NCBI GenBank assembly: GCA_964570505.1
Contig: CAZMYL010000003.1
Location: 1 to 57,183 of the forward strand
Source: an uncultured Pseudomonadota bacterium
GTDB taxonomy: Bacteria; Babelota; Babeliae; Babelales; CAIQNR01
Reading direction: 5' to 3'
Length of the DNA: 57,183 bases
Positions 40,018 to 48,894 of the stretch are shown in pieces (position 1 is the first letter of the stretch; each line of letters starts with the position of its first letter). The position numbers and the translations under genes were made by a program. The notes under the pieces are model-generated. The model worked only from the letters and a program-made list of their open reading frames with translations, was not told the DNA's origin and searched no databases.

Positions 40018-41016
40018 ATGAAAAAATTACTATTTGCCGTTGTTTTTACTTGTTCTTTTGTTAAAGCAGGTAAGTACTCTGAAGAATTAGATAGTTTTAA
40101 AGAAAGAAAAGATACAGCTTTAATTTTCAAAAAATATGCAAATTTAAAATTAAAAAATATTGTCAGAGATATTAATACAGCTAGAACATTGTCTTATAAA
40201 GATCGTTTTTTAAGAAGAATTTTTACGCAAAATGGAGTTCTTGTTACTAAAGAGTCGATGCCACATTTGTATAATTATATAGAAAATTTGTGTGATGATG
40301 CTGATATAGAAATTCCTGTTGTTTTTATATCTCAAAATAAAAGCATGTTTAATGCATTTGCTTCAAAATTATTTACATCAAGTGGTGGAGTTTTAATAGG
40401 TCAAGAACTTATTAATGAATGTTCAGATGAAGAAATTGAAGCTGTTGTTGCGCATGAAATTGGGCATATCAAGCATAATCATATAAATAAGGCGCTAGCT
40501 TTGAATATTTTGGTATTGATTATGTATTTTTATTATGATTCTCTTAATAAAAATAAAGTGTATTATGCAAACGCTAATGATCAAGAAGTAGTTAATTTGC
40601 AAATTAAATTAACTAATGATTTTTCAAAAGCTTATTTTAAAGTCTTTGGTTTAGTGACTGTTGTTCCTGCCCTTGTAATAGGAAAAAGATTTGAAAGAGA
40701 AGCAGACAATTTTGCATGTAAAGCTGGTAAGGCTGAAGGTTTAATAAAATTCTTTACAAGGCTGCAAGATAAAGTTGAAGCAAAAGATAAAGATTTTAAA
40801 GATGTAAAAGTTTTACTTTCTTCAAGTAAAGATGATCTTTCATTGTATGATTATGTTAATTTATATTGTCGTTATTACATTGCAGAAGCAGGCCATACTG
40901 TAAATAAAGGTATATATTGGTTTTATCATAATACTCCTTTTGGGCCACATCCAAGTAATCAAGATAGAATTGCAGCAGCAAAAAAATATTTAAAATATAA
41001 TTCAAAAGCTGCATAA
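40018..41016 (+). CDS. M48-family zinc metalloprotease with a signal peptide
   Basis: MKKLLFAVVFTCSFVKA; NAFA, AVVAHEIGH, EREAD, HPSNQDRI; start moved to ATG 40018. Confidence 0.9.
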   Translation: MKKLLFAVVFTCSFVKAGKYSEELDSFKERKDTALIFKKYANLKLKNIVRDINTARTLSYKDRFLRRIFTQNGVLVTKESMPHLYNYIENLCDDADIEIPVVFISQNKSMFNAFASKLFTSSGGVLIGQELINECSDEEIEAVVAHEIGHIKHNHINKALALNILVLIMYFYYDSLNKNKVYYANANDQEVVNLQIKLTNDFSKAYFKVFGLVTVVPALVIGKRFEREADNFACKAGKAEGLIKFFTRLQDKVEAKDKDFKDVKVLLSSSKDDLSLYDYVNLYCRYYIAEAGHTVNKGIYWFYHNTPFGPHPSNQDRIAAAKKYLKYNSKAA

Positions 41017-41038
41017 AAACGTAAAAGTTTTTAAAATT

Positions 41039-41069
41039 AAAGGCATATATGTAAGTATATGCCTTTTTT
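41039..41069 (+). terminator. Intrinsic terminator after the M48 gene
   Basis: AAAGGCATATAT-GTAA-GTATATGCCTTT plus T-run. Confidence 0.75.
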
Positions 41070-41109
41070 GTTGCAATCATTTTAAATAAAAAAAATTGAG
41101 TTTTTAAAA

Positions 41110-41631
41110 ATGAAAAATTGTAAAAAAATTATGATTTTTGGATGTCCTGGAAGTGGCAAATCAACTCTTTCTAAGTGGCTCTCATTTAATCTTCAAATTC
41201 CTTGTTTTCATAATGATAAATATTATTATGAACGTAATTGGAAACCTCGATCAAAAGAAGATTTTACACAAGATATTTGCGCTATTGCTGGAAAAGATAG
41301 CTATATTATTGATGGAAATTGCTCAAGAATTATGTTGGAAAAAAAATTGAATGTTGATCTTGTTATTTATTTAGATGTGCCTTTATTAGTTTGTTATTGG
41401 CGGGTTATAAAAAGACGATTTTTTAAAGATAAGACTATTGATGACAGAGCAGAAGGTTGTAAAGAGCAGCTTTCTTGGACTTTTTTAAAATCAATGTTTG
41501 CATATAAAGATAAAACAGAAAAGCGTTTGAATGTGTTAAAAATATACTATCCAAACACACATTTTATTATTATTTCTTCAGAAAAAGATTTAGAAAATTT
41601 TAAACAAATTTTTAACAATTATCTTAATTAA
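41110..41631 (+). CDS. P-loop nucleotide-kinase-like protein (FlaR/topology modulation family)
   Basis: GCPGSGKST Walker A, IIDGN, VIYLD, RAEGCKEQ. Confidence 0.8.
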   Translation: MKNCKKIMIFGCPGSGKSTLSKWLSFNLQIPCFHNDKYYYERNWKPRSKEDFTQDICAIAGKDSYIIDGNCSRIMLEKKLNVDLVIYLDVPLLVCYWRVIKRRFFKDKTIDDRAEGCKEQLSWTFLKSMFAYKDKTEKRLNVLKIYYPNTHFIIISSEKDLENFKQIFNNYLN

Positions 41632-41640
41632 TACATGTTT

Positions 41641-41952
41641 TTATTGATTAAGATTTTCAAATAAAGATGGTATAGTTTCTAATTTTTTTATCAGAGATTT
41701 TCTTCTTTCTAATTCTTTTTGATATTCACTTATTTTAAAAACGTATGCCATTCGTTCTGTGCAATCAGAACAATCTACAGTACATTTAGTATGAGCTTTA
41801 AAATATTCAGCATCAAATTTTTTTGTATTTTTTTCTTTAAGAGTTGCAATTTTTTGAGTTATTTCTTCTTCGGGTAGTTCCTTAAGAGGCTTTTCTGATG
41901 AGTAAGTAACAGCAGTAAATAATACTGTGCATAAATAAAATATTTTTTTCAT
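41641..41952 (-). CDS. Small secreted protein with a possible Zn site
   Basis: MKKIFYLCTVLFTAVTYS-SE signal; HTKCTVDCSDC. Confidence 0.7.
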   Translation of the reverse strand: MKKIFYLCTVLFTAVTYSSEKPLKELPEEEITQKIATLKEKNTKKFDAEYFKAHTKCTVDCSDCTERMAYVFKISEYQKELERRKSLIKKLETIPSLFENLNQ

Positions 41953-42003
41953 ATATGTATTCGAGTTAATAATTTTTAATTTTTTGATTCTGGTATAGAT
42001 GTT

Positions 42004-42327
42004 TTAAATATAGAAAAATTTTTGAAGAAGTTTTAAGCATGTTGGGCGTTGTTCTTCGTATAGACGTTCTAAATACAGAAAATCTTCCTGAGGAGTTCTT
42101 GTGCGCATTGAGTATTGATTAGGGTAAATTAATTTAGAATCATAGTGCCAATCGTTATTTAAAAAAAAGCGAAAAGCTATTGCAGTTATATCAGGCTCAA
42201 TTTTTATAGAATATAGTTTAAAATTTTTCATTCTGAAGCAAAAAACTTCTTCGCAATCATCGTCTTTTGAAGCTGTGTTTATATTAAAACTTAAGATTGC
42301 AAATATCGTAAAAAAAATTTTTTTCAT
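42004..42327 (-). CDS. Small secreted protein, tandem family member
   Basis: Start ATG 42327 (AAAGGG RBS); MKKIFFTIFAILSFNINTA signal; C-terminal PQEDFLYLERLYEEQ. Confidence 0.7.
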   Translation of the reverse strand: MKKIFFTIFAILSFNINTASKDDDCEEVFCFRMKNFKLYSIKIEPDITAIAFRFFLNNDWHYDSKLIYPNQYSMRTRTPQEDFLYLERLYEEQRPTCLKLLQKFFYI

Positions 42328-42500
42328 ATAAAACCCTTTCGACTTTATTTTTAAATTAAATTTAAAATCGAAAGGGTTAAAATTCAATTAATTGTTACTT
42401 TTTAAAAAAACTTGTTAATAAAAGAATGTATGCATCAGGATTGTCAAAATTAAAAATTAATACTCAAAGTATGTTAATAAGTGGTTTTGTACTAGATTTT

Positions 42501-42776
42501 TTATGATATAGAACAGTCGCTTGAAGTAGTTTTTTTATTATCTAGTTCTTCTTTAGTTTGAATTCTAGATATTAAATAATTTGTTCTAATACTTTTTTCT
42601 TCCCCAGGAGCAAGCTCAAAGCTACTCTGTAAATTGCCTCGAGGATCGTACAACCCATATTTTTGCATAGTATCTGTATTGTTTTTAACAGTATTCAAAT
42701 ACTTTTGAGATTCATTTTCTGATGAATAAACAACAGTAACAAATAAAACTGTGAATATGTAAAATATTTTTTTCAT
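42501..42776 (-). CDS. Small secreted protein with a beta-sandwich-like module
   Basis: MKKIFYIFTVLFVTVVYS-SE signal; VKNNTDTMQ...FELAPGEEKSI. Confidence 0.7.
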   Translation of the reverse strand: MKKIFYIFTVLFVTVVYSSENESQKYLNTVKNNTDTMQKYGLYDPRGNLQSSFELAPGEEKSIRTNYLISRIQTKEELDNKKTTSSDCSIS

Positions 42777-42800
42777 AAGATTATATTAACAGGATGATTG

Positions 42801-42983
42801 TTATTTTTCCGACCTGTTTTCTTCCTTTTTTTGTTCCTGTTGTTTATAGAGATATTTTAAACGCATAAAATCCTGTTTAGGATTTATTCTTACAGACATT
42901 ATTCCTCTAGATGAAGTTAATATAGAACTGTATTGTCCTTTCATATTACGTTTTTTAATTAGAGTAAGTTTAGCAAAATAGCT
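42801..42983 (-). pseudogene. 5'-truncated member of the small secreted family
   Basis: Open frame SYFAKLTLIKKRNMKGQYSSILTSSRGIMSVRINPKQDFMRLKYLYKQQEQKKEENRSEK* with no signal peptide; aligns by eye to the C-terminal half of 42004..42327. Confidence 0.5.
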
Positions 42984-43001
42984 TTAAAATTGAAGGAATT
43001 C

Positions 43002-43385
43002 TTATTTTTTAGAAAAACTGATTAATGAAAGAATTAACGCTTCACCTTCTTTTTTATATAATGGAACTGCTTTTGTTCTTATGAAATGACAGATCAAGTC
43101 AGTCTCAAAGTGCATCTTTAAAATATGAAAATATTCTTCAGCTTTTTCAAAAACAGTAAAACCAGTTGCATTTAATTGGGATGCTTCGTAAGTAGAATTT
43201 AAAATGTTATGATGTGCTTGTCTGTATAAGGAATCTGTTAAATTTCCGTTTGTATCAAACGTTTGTACTTCTTCAATAAAAAAAATTCGATTAGTTGAAT
43301 CTATTAAATGTGTTCTTTTTACTGTTTGACTTGATTTTATTTGAAAAGAAAAAAAGGCTACTGTTATTAGAATTATTTTTTTCAT
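43002..43385 (-). CDS. Small secreted protein, probable family member
   Basis: AGGAAG RBS; MKKIILITVAFFSFQIKS-SQ; KAEEYFHILKMHF. Confidence 0.7.
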   Translation of the reverse strand: MKKIILITVAFFSFQIKSSQTVKRTHLIDSTNRIFFIEEVQTFDTNGNLTDSLYRQAHHNILNSTYEASQLNATGFTVFEKAEEYFHILKMHFETDLICHFIRTKAVPLYKKEGEALILSLISFSKK

Positions 43386-43498
43386 ATAAAATCTTCCTAT
43401 TATATTTTGATTTAGATTATTTTATTATTTTATATCAGAATATATTTTTTAAAAATAAATGTAAAATACTATTTTTTAATTTTAATAAGGAGTCTTAG

Positions 43499-43969
43499 TT
43501 GAAAGTTCAAAAATATTTTTCTTTGATGGTGTGGATGGCAGCGCTTATTGGTATTGGAGTTTTTATTGGGGTATTAACAAAAGCAGAAATTGGTTTTTGG
43601 TATAATAATTTAAATAGATCAGAATTAACACCTCCAAATTATATATTTTCTATAGCTTGGACTGTTTTATATGCGTTGATAGCATCTTCTGGATGGCTTA
43701 TTTGGAATAGTAATTTTCTTTATAAGAAAAATCTTAAAACATTATATTTTATACAACTTATTTTAAATTGGAGTTGGTCATTCTTATTTTTTAAATATCA
43801 TTTAATAGGTACAGCATTTATAATTTTGTGTTTACTAGATTTTCTAGTAGGTATGATAATTTGGTTATCGTATTCAAAAATAAGACGAGTTTCTTTTTTT
43901 ATGATTCCATATGTAGTGTGGATTTTATTTGCGAGTTACTTAAATTATTATATTTGGTTATATAACTAA
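43499..43969 (+). CDS. tspO: TspO/MBR tryptophan-rich sensory protein
   Basis: WYNNLNRSELTPPNYIFSIAWTVLY, QLILNWSWSFLFF, PYVVWILFASYLN; five TMs; AAGGAG RBS with TTG start. Confidence 0.92.
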   Translation: MKVQKYFSLMVWMAALIGIGVFIGVLTKAEIGFWYNNLNRSELTPPNYIFSIAWTVLYALIASSGWLIWNSNFLYKKNLKTLYFIQLILNWSWSFLFFKYHLIGTAFIILCLLDFLVGMIIWLSYSKIRRVSFFMIPYVVWILFASYLNYYIWLYN

Positions 43970-43997
43970 TACATTTAATTTTTAATAAATAGTTAAT

Positions 43998-44279
43998 TTA
44001 TTTTTCTTGTTCTGTATATTCATTATATAATGTATTAAACAATAATTTTGCTTTATTACGTATACCAAACATGCTTTTTCCATTTATTGTTGTATCGTAC
44101 ATTCTTCTACTAGGAGAGTAGCAAGCAGTAATTTTTAAAGTTTCAGTTGTTTTTGAAAGTATAATCCAATCATCCTTATAAGTGTTTCCTATAGTAACAT
44201 GAGAAGCCCATGGATGTTGTTCTGCACTTTTAATTACAGCAATTGTTAATAAAATAATTGTAAAAAATAATTTTTTCAT
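43998..44279 (-). CDS. Small secreted protein, family member
   Basis: MKKLFFTIILLTIAVIKS-AE; KAKLLFNTLYNEYTEQ. Confidence 0.7.
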   Translation of the reverse strand: MKKLFFTIILLTIAVIKSAEQHPWASHVTIGNTYKDDWIILSKTTETLKITACYSPSRRMYDTTINGKSMFGIRNKAKLLFNTLYNEYTEQEK

Positions 44280-44383
44280 ATGAAACTTTTTTATTATGGT
44301 ATTTAAAAAAATTTAAATACACTTTAGTAGAATATCTTTAAAATTCAATGAAAGTTTTACTTTTTATTTTTGGATATATGTTT

Positions 44384-44683
44384 TCATTGTTCTTTAAATT
44401 CGTTTTCAAAACATGTAAATGTTTTTTCAGCTTCTTCTTCACTAAGAAACATCTTCGGAGTGTCAAATTCATTTGATGGATGTTGATTTAATGTTATACC
44501 GAAAAAATTAATTGATCCATGGGGGTTTATAATTAAAGATGCAGCTGTTGTTTCTTCTGATGTTGTTTTTATATATGTAGTAGAATTTTCGTTTTGAATT
44601 TTTGTTATTGTAATTTTTTGATCACTGCTTTTTGTTTCGTGAAGTAACAGTGAAAGCATTATTAAAGTTATTTTTTTATACAT
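44384..44683 (-). CDS. Small secreted protein, family member
   Basis: MYKKITLIMLSLLLHETKS-SD; EAEKTFTCFENEFKEQ. Confidence 0.65.
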   Translation of the reverse strand: MYKKITLIMLSLLLHETKSSDQKITITKIQNENSTTYIKTTSEETTAASLIINPHGSINFFGITLNQHPSNEFDTPKMFLSEEEAEKTFTCFENEFKEQ

Positions 44684-44881
44684 GTAAAATCTTTCTTAAA
44701 ATTATTATTTTGGCAATTGCATTTTAAGCCAATAAAAGGATTTATCAATAATATTTTTTCTTTTTTTATTAAAAGCTATGTAAGCAAAACTTTTAATAAT
44801 CATCTGAACCATTACGATTACTTAAATTTTGTTTTTATAAGGAGATAAGTTTTTTTAAATAAATTTTATTTAATGTAATTA

Positions 44882-44959
44882 TGGCGGAGCTGACGAGACT
44901 CGAACTCGCGACCTTCCGCGTGACAGGCGGACGCTCTAACCAAACTGAGCTACAGCTCC
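44882..44959 (-). tRNA. tRNA-Asp(GTC)
   Basis: Reverse complement GGAGCTGTAGCTCAG...TCCGC-CTGTCAC-GCGGA...GTTCGAG...CAGCTCCGCCA. Confidence 0.97.
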
Positions 44960-44973
44960 TCGGCCATAATAAT

Positions 44974-45049
44974 TGGCTCCCTGGGCAGGACTCGAACCTG
45001 CGACCAAACGATTAACAGTCGTTTGCTCTACCAACTGAGCTACCAGGGA
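44974..45049 (-). tRNA. tRNA-Asn(GTT)
   Basis: Reverse complement TCCCTGGTAGCTCAG...AACGA-CTGTTAA-TCGTT...CCAGGGAGCCA. Confidence 0.97.
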
Positions 45050-45070
45050 AACACATTTTGATTTCAATTT

Positions 45071-45146
45071 TGGTGGGCGGTGCAGGACTCGAACCTGCGA
45101 CCCCCAGTGTGTAAGACTGATGCTCTACCAGCTGAGCTAACCGCCC
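45071..45146 (-). tRNA. tRNA-Val(TAC)
   Basis: Reverse complement GGGCGGTTAGCTCAG...TCAGT-CTTACAC-ACTGG...ACCGCCCACCA. Confidence 0.97.
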
Positions 45147-45161
45147 CTACCATGGAAAAGA

Positions 45162-45190
45162 ATTGTAAAGCAAAGAGATAAGAAAGTCAA
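45162..45190 (-). promoter_or_regulatory. Promoter of the tRNA Val-Asn-Asp operon
   Basis: Minus strand TTGACT, 17-nt spacer, TACAAT, ending 15 nt before tRNA-Val. Confidence 0.75.
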
Positions 45191-45397
45191 AAAAGTTTAG
45201 CTTGTTTTTACACTTTTTTTAAAAATTAAAAAAATAAATCATCATTCTCTAAATAATACTTTTTTTTAAAATTAAAATTTATTTTCTTTTTATCATTTAT
45301 TTTCAATAAAAACACTTTCTATTGAATTTTTATATAAATATTTAATATATTCAAATTGAAAAGTTTTTTTAAAAAAATTATTGAATATGGTGATTGT

Positions 45398-46147
45398 ATG
45401 GTTTTAATTTTTAAAAAATATGCAACATTTTTAATATTTCAACTTCTATTTTTTGGATTTTTGCATATTAAAGCATCTGGATTGGCTCAAAAAGGAGCTC
45501 ATGTCGCAAAAGCTTTTGCAAAAGAGATTGTGTATGATGTTTCTACTAATAAAACAAGGTTAGCAAAAGAAGGGCTTAAATGGGGAGGCGTTTCGGGTGT
45601 ATGGTATTTAGGTGCTGATCAATTAAAAAATGTAAGTCATGGAAATTATAAAATTCCGGAAGATGTCGCTGAGTCAGTGCGTAAAGAAATTAAGCTTTCA
45701 GAAGAAAGTAAAATTATTCCTATAACAAAAAGTTATTTAAATAATAAAAATAATCCAGAAAATAGATGGCTTACTAATGGTAAAGGTTTTTGGGGGAATG
45801 TAGCAGGTTTATTTTCTTCTTCCGATCTTTATATTGATAAACATCAAAATCTAAGAATAGCTCCTGAGTTGGTCGAAAAAGTACATAATAAAGATCCTCA
45901 AGCAATAGCTCAATTACATAAAAAATTGCAAGATGAAATACATCGATCTCAATCTTATTTTGATTATAAAACATATGCTGCATGCGCTGCTGATACAGCA
46001 ATGCTTACATCTTTTTTTATGATTAATCCTGTTGTTAAGTCTTTACAGGCTTTTACTAAGTTGAAATCATCTTCAACTGTTCTTTCATACATTTCTTCTG
46101 CTGCTGGAAATAAAGCTATACGGGAGCATAGAAAAGATTTTAAATAA
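45398..46147 (+). CDS. Secreted hypothetical protein
   Basis: Long ORF; KKYATFLIFQLLFFGFLHIKA-SG signal; start uncertain (ATG 45398). Confidence 0.7.
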   Translation: MVLIFKKYATFLIFQLLFFGFLHIKASGLAQKGAHVAKAFAKEIVYDVSTNKTRLAKEGLKWGGVSGVWYLGADQLKNVSHGNYKIPEDVAESVRKEIKLSEESKIIPITKSYLNNKNNPENRWLTNGKGFWGNVAGLFSSSDLYIDKHQNLRIAPELVEKVHNKDPQAIAQLHKKLQDEIHRSQSYFDYKTYAACAADTAMLTSFFMINPVVKSLQAFTKLKSSSTVLSYISSAAGNKAIREHRKDFK

Positions 46148-46171
46148 AATTTTTTAGAATGTTTAAAATAT

Positions 46172-46214
46172 AAAAAAAAGAGACTTTCTAATGAGTTAAA
46201 AAGTCTCTTTTTTT
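46172..46214. terminator. Bidirectional terminator
   Basis: A-run-GAGACTTT/AAAGTCTC-T-run between convergent genes. Confidence 0.7.
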
Positions 46215-46232
46215 ATTAATTTAAAATAAAAA

Positions 46233-46730
46233 CTATTCTGTTTCTAAGCTGATTAAATCAACATCAAAAATAAGATTTGCATGTGGTGGAATTGCAGCTC
46301 CTGCTCCACGAGCACCATATCCTAAATTTGAAGGGATAAAAATACGGCGTTTTTCTCCAATTTTCATATCAAGTACTGCTTCATCCCATCCTTTAATAAC
46401 GTATCCTACGCCAATAGGAAATGTTAAAGGCTCTCCTCGTTCAACTGAACTGTCAAACATTCTTCCTGGGTTTCCATTTTCATCAAGCCATCCAGTATAA
46501 TGGACGTTAACGATATCGCCCGGTTCAGGTTTTTGAGCTGATTCTGGAGCTTGATGTGTGATGATATACGAAAGTCCCGATGGCGTTGTTATTTTTTCTG
46601 TTTGTGACATATATGCTTCTTCTTTGTTTGTTGGTGATACATTATTTTTCCAATAATAAACTCCAGTAATGCCACAAATTGCGCCTAATAGTGGAATTAC
46701 TAGATAAGAAAAAAATCTATTATTTTTCAT
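46233..46730 (-). CDS. FKBP-type peptidyl-prolyl isomerase with an N-terminal TM anchor
   Basis: VHYTGWL, FDSS, VIKGWDE, IPSNLGYG, IPPHANLIFDVDL; AAGGAG RBS. Confidence 0.93.
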   Translation of the reverse strand: MKNNRFFSYLVIPLLGAICGITGVYYWKNNVSPTNKEEAYMSQTEKITTPSGLSYIITHQAPESAQKPEPGDIVNVHYTGWLDENGNPGRMFDSSVERGEPLTFPIGVGYVIKGWDEAVLDMKIGEKRRIFIPSNLGYGARGAGAAIPPHANLIFDVDLISLETE

Positions 46731-47013
46731 AATTGCTCCTTATTAATTCTCCAAGATATTTGATGAAATGTATCATGCTCTTTGTTTTTTGTAAAAAATA
46801 ATATGGATGGAAAATGCTACAGTGGCCTTATGGCTCAATCTTTTTGTTAATATTATGACTTTACAAAAAAAGACGTTCTGATACGCTTATGTTCAGCTTG
46901 TTTCTTAGTTTTATTTGTTTTTTAATCATTCAATTTAATGATTAGCTCAAAAAACGAAGTAATATTTGAGCTATAAAGACCATATATTTTAGTTGTTTAA
47001 GAAGAGGTGCACC

Positions 47014-47223
47014 GTGAAGAAGGATCTCCATCCTGAATTGTTTGACGTTACCGTTCATTGTACATGTGGTAACGAATTTGTAACACGTTCTACAAAAGCA
47101 GAAATTCGTTCAACACTTTGTTCAGCTTGTCACCCGTTTTATACAGGTACTCAAAAGTTTGTTGATACAGCAGGTCGTATTGATAAATTTGCGCAGCGTT
47201 ATGAAAATAAATCTAAGAAATAA
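47014..47223 (+). CDS. rpmE: 50S ribosomal protein L31 (Zn-binding form)
   Basis: KKDLHP, CTCGN, CSACHPFYTG, DTAGRIDKF; GAGG RBS with GTG start 47014. Confidence 0.96.
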   Translation: MKKDLHPELFDVTVHCTCGNEFVTRSTKAEIRSTLCSACHPFYTGTQKFVDTAGRIDKFAQRYENKSKK

Positions 47224-47244
47224 TTTATAGCTTTTGGAGCGTGC

Positions 47245-48315
47245 ATGGCTATTGCGTGGGATGATATAAAAAAACGATGTGATAATTTAAGAAATGAATT
47301 GTCAGATAATGTTGACCCTCGTAGACGCCATGCTTTGCAAAAAGAGCTTTCTCAGCTTTCTGGTATTTTAGAAAAAAAATCTGCTATTCATGATTTGGAA
47401 AAAGAGGTTTTGGATTTAGAGCGTCAAGCTCAAGAAAATAATGATCCTGCTCTTACAGCCATTTATCAAGAAGAATTGGCAGATTTATTTTTTCAAAAAA
47501 AACAAAAAGAAGATGAACTTGATCTTCTTATGTTTCCTTCTGATCCTTTTGATAAAAAAAATGTTTTTTTAGAAATTAGAGCTGGTGCAGGTGGTCAAGA
47601 GGCTGCTTTGTTTGCCAGTGATCTTCTTACAATGTATACCAATTATTCGCTCTCTAAAGGGTGGAAAGTAGAAATTGCAAGTACAAGTCATACTGATTTG
47701 GGTGGCATAAGAGAAGTTGTGCTTGATATAAAAGGTGACGATGTTTATGGTCACTTAAAGTATGAATCTGGGGTGCATCGTGTGCAAAGAGTTCCTCTTA
47801 CAGAAACTGCAGGAAGAATTCATACCTCAACGGCAACTGTTGCGGTACTGCCAGAAGTTGATGAAGTTGATATCAATATTACGCCTGATCAATTGCGGAT
47901 TGATGTTTATAGAGCAAGCGGTGCAGGAGGGCAACATGTTAATACAACCGATTCTGCTGTTAGAATTACGCATATTCCAACAGGGGTTGTAGTAGCTTGC
48001 CAGGATGAGCGCTCGCAACATAAAAATAAAGCAAAAGCCATGAAGATGCTTCAATCAAGAATTTTTGCAGCTCAAAAAGAAAAAATTGATGCAGAATTAA
48101 GTGAACAGCGAAAAGAACTTGTTGGTTCTGGTATGCGTGCAGAAAAAGTTCGTACCTATAATTTCCCTCAAAATCGAGTTACTGATCATCAAGTAGAATT
48201 AACACTTAAAAAACTTGATGTTGTTATAGAAGGTGCACTCGATGAGATTATTGATGCCCTTATTCAAAAAGATCGCCAAGATCGTCGTAACCGTCCCTTT
48301 GTTATTTCTAATTAA
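47245..48315 (+). CDS. prfA: Peptide chain release factor 1
   Basis: [21 protein letters not shown] (PxT motif of RF1), [17 protein letters not shown]. Confidence 0.96.
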   Translation: MAIAWDDIKKRCDNLRNELSDNVDPRRRHALQKELSQLSGILEKKSAIHDLEKEVLDLERQAQENNDPALTAIYQEELADLFFQKKQKEDELDLLMFPSDPFDKKNVFLEIRAGAGGQEAALFASDLLTMYTNYSLSKGWKVEIASTSHTDLGGIREVVLDIKGDDVYGHLKYESGVHRVQRVPLTETAGRIHTSTATVAVLPEVDEVDINITPDQLRIDVYRASGAGGQHVNTTDSAVRITHIPTGVVVACQDERSQHKNKAKAMKMLQSRIFAAQKEKIDAELSEQRKELVGSGMRAEKVRTYNFPQNRVTDHQVELTLKKLDVVIEGALDEIIDALIQKDRQDRRNRPFVISN

Positions 48316-48386
48316 ATAATTTCTTTTAAAATCCTTTATTAATAAGCATTTTATTTATTTTTAGCTTTTTAAGCTTATTTTTTAGA

Positions 48387-48415
48387 TTGACATGTATCTT
48401 AGTTGTTATCATACT
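48387..48415 (+). promoter_or_regulatory. Putative sigma70 promoter
   Basis: TTGACA, 17-nt spacer, CATACT upstream of the 48481 gene. Confidence 0.55.
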
Positions 48416-48480
48416 GTCGCCATTAGTTATATTTTAAAGTTAAATATAAAGTAGTTATACCATAATTCTAAGGAGAATTT

Positions 48481-48756
48481 ATGAAAAAAATAGTATTAAC
48501 ATTAGCATTGCTTGTGTCTTCAGGTATAGCAGCAGCAGATGTAGTAGCAGAGGATGTACAAGCAGTATGCGCTTCTTGTTCAGTAGAAGCTGTTGATTTA
48601 TCATGGTTAACAGCAGATGAAAAAGCAAAATATGATGCACTTGAATCAACTGAAGAAAAAGCAAAATTCTTAGAAGATGCAAAGATTGCAAGAGCTGTAA
48701 AAGCAGTTGCTACTGAAGAAGTTGTAGTTGATGAAAATCAAGAAATAAATTCTTAA
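48481..48756 (+). CDS. Small acidic secreted protein
   Basis: AAGGAG RBS; MKKIVLTLALLVSSGIAAA signal; CASC; own promoter and terminator. Confidence 0.75.
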   Translation: MKKIVLTLALLVSSGIAAADVVAEDVQAVCASCSVEAVDLSWLTADEKAKYDALESTEEKAKFLEDAKIARAVKAVATEEVVVDENQEINS

Positions 48757-48791
48757 AATTAAACAATTTATTTCATCAATTATTATATTTT

Positions 48792-48824
48792 AAAAGGGTA
48801 TCTTTTTATAAGATGCCCTTTTTT
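48792..48824 (+). terminator. Intrinsic terminator
   Basis: AAAAGGGTATCTT/AAGATGCCCTTTT plus T-run. Confidence 0.7.
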
Positions 48825-48894
48825 ATTTTGGTATCATCTTTATACTTGTCATTTGTAGTTGTTGTAAAATATATAATGTTATTAGAGGGGTTTT

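Noticed and set aside
39851..44881. Integrative element between tRNA-Ser and tRNA-Asp
   Set aside because: No integrase and no duplicated tRNA 3' end seen; treated as a variable region only
46923..46973. Two adjacent hairpins upstream of rpmE as an L31 leader
   Set aside because: AT-rich 8-9 bp stems with no second copy or recognisable consensus to support them
26239..48824. Similar hairpins AAGGGYATCT...AGATGCCCTT at 26239 and 48792 as a REP-like family
   Set aside because: Only two copies, both at gene ends where ordinary terminators are expected
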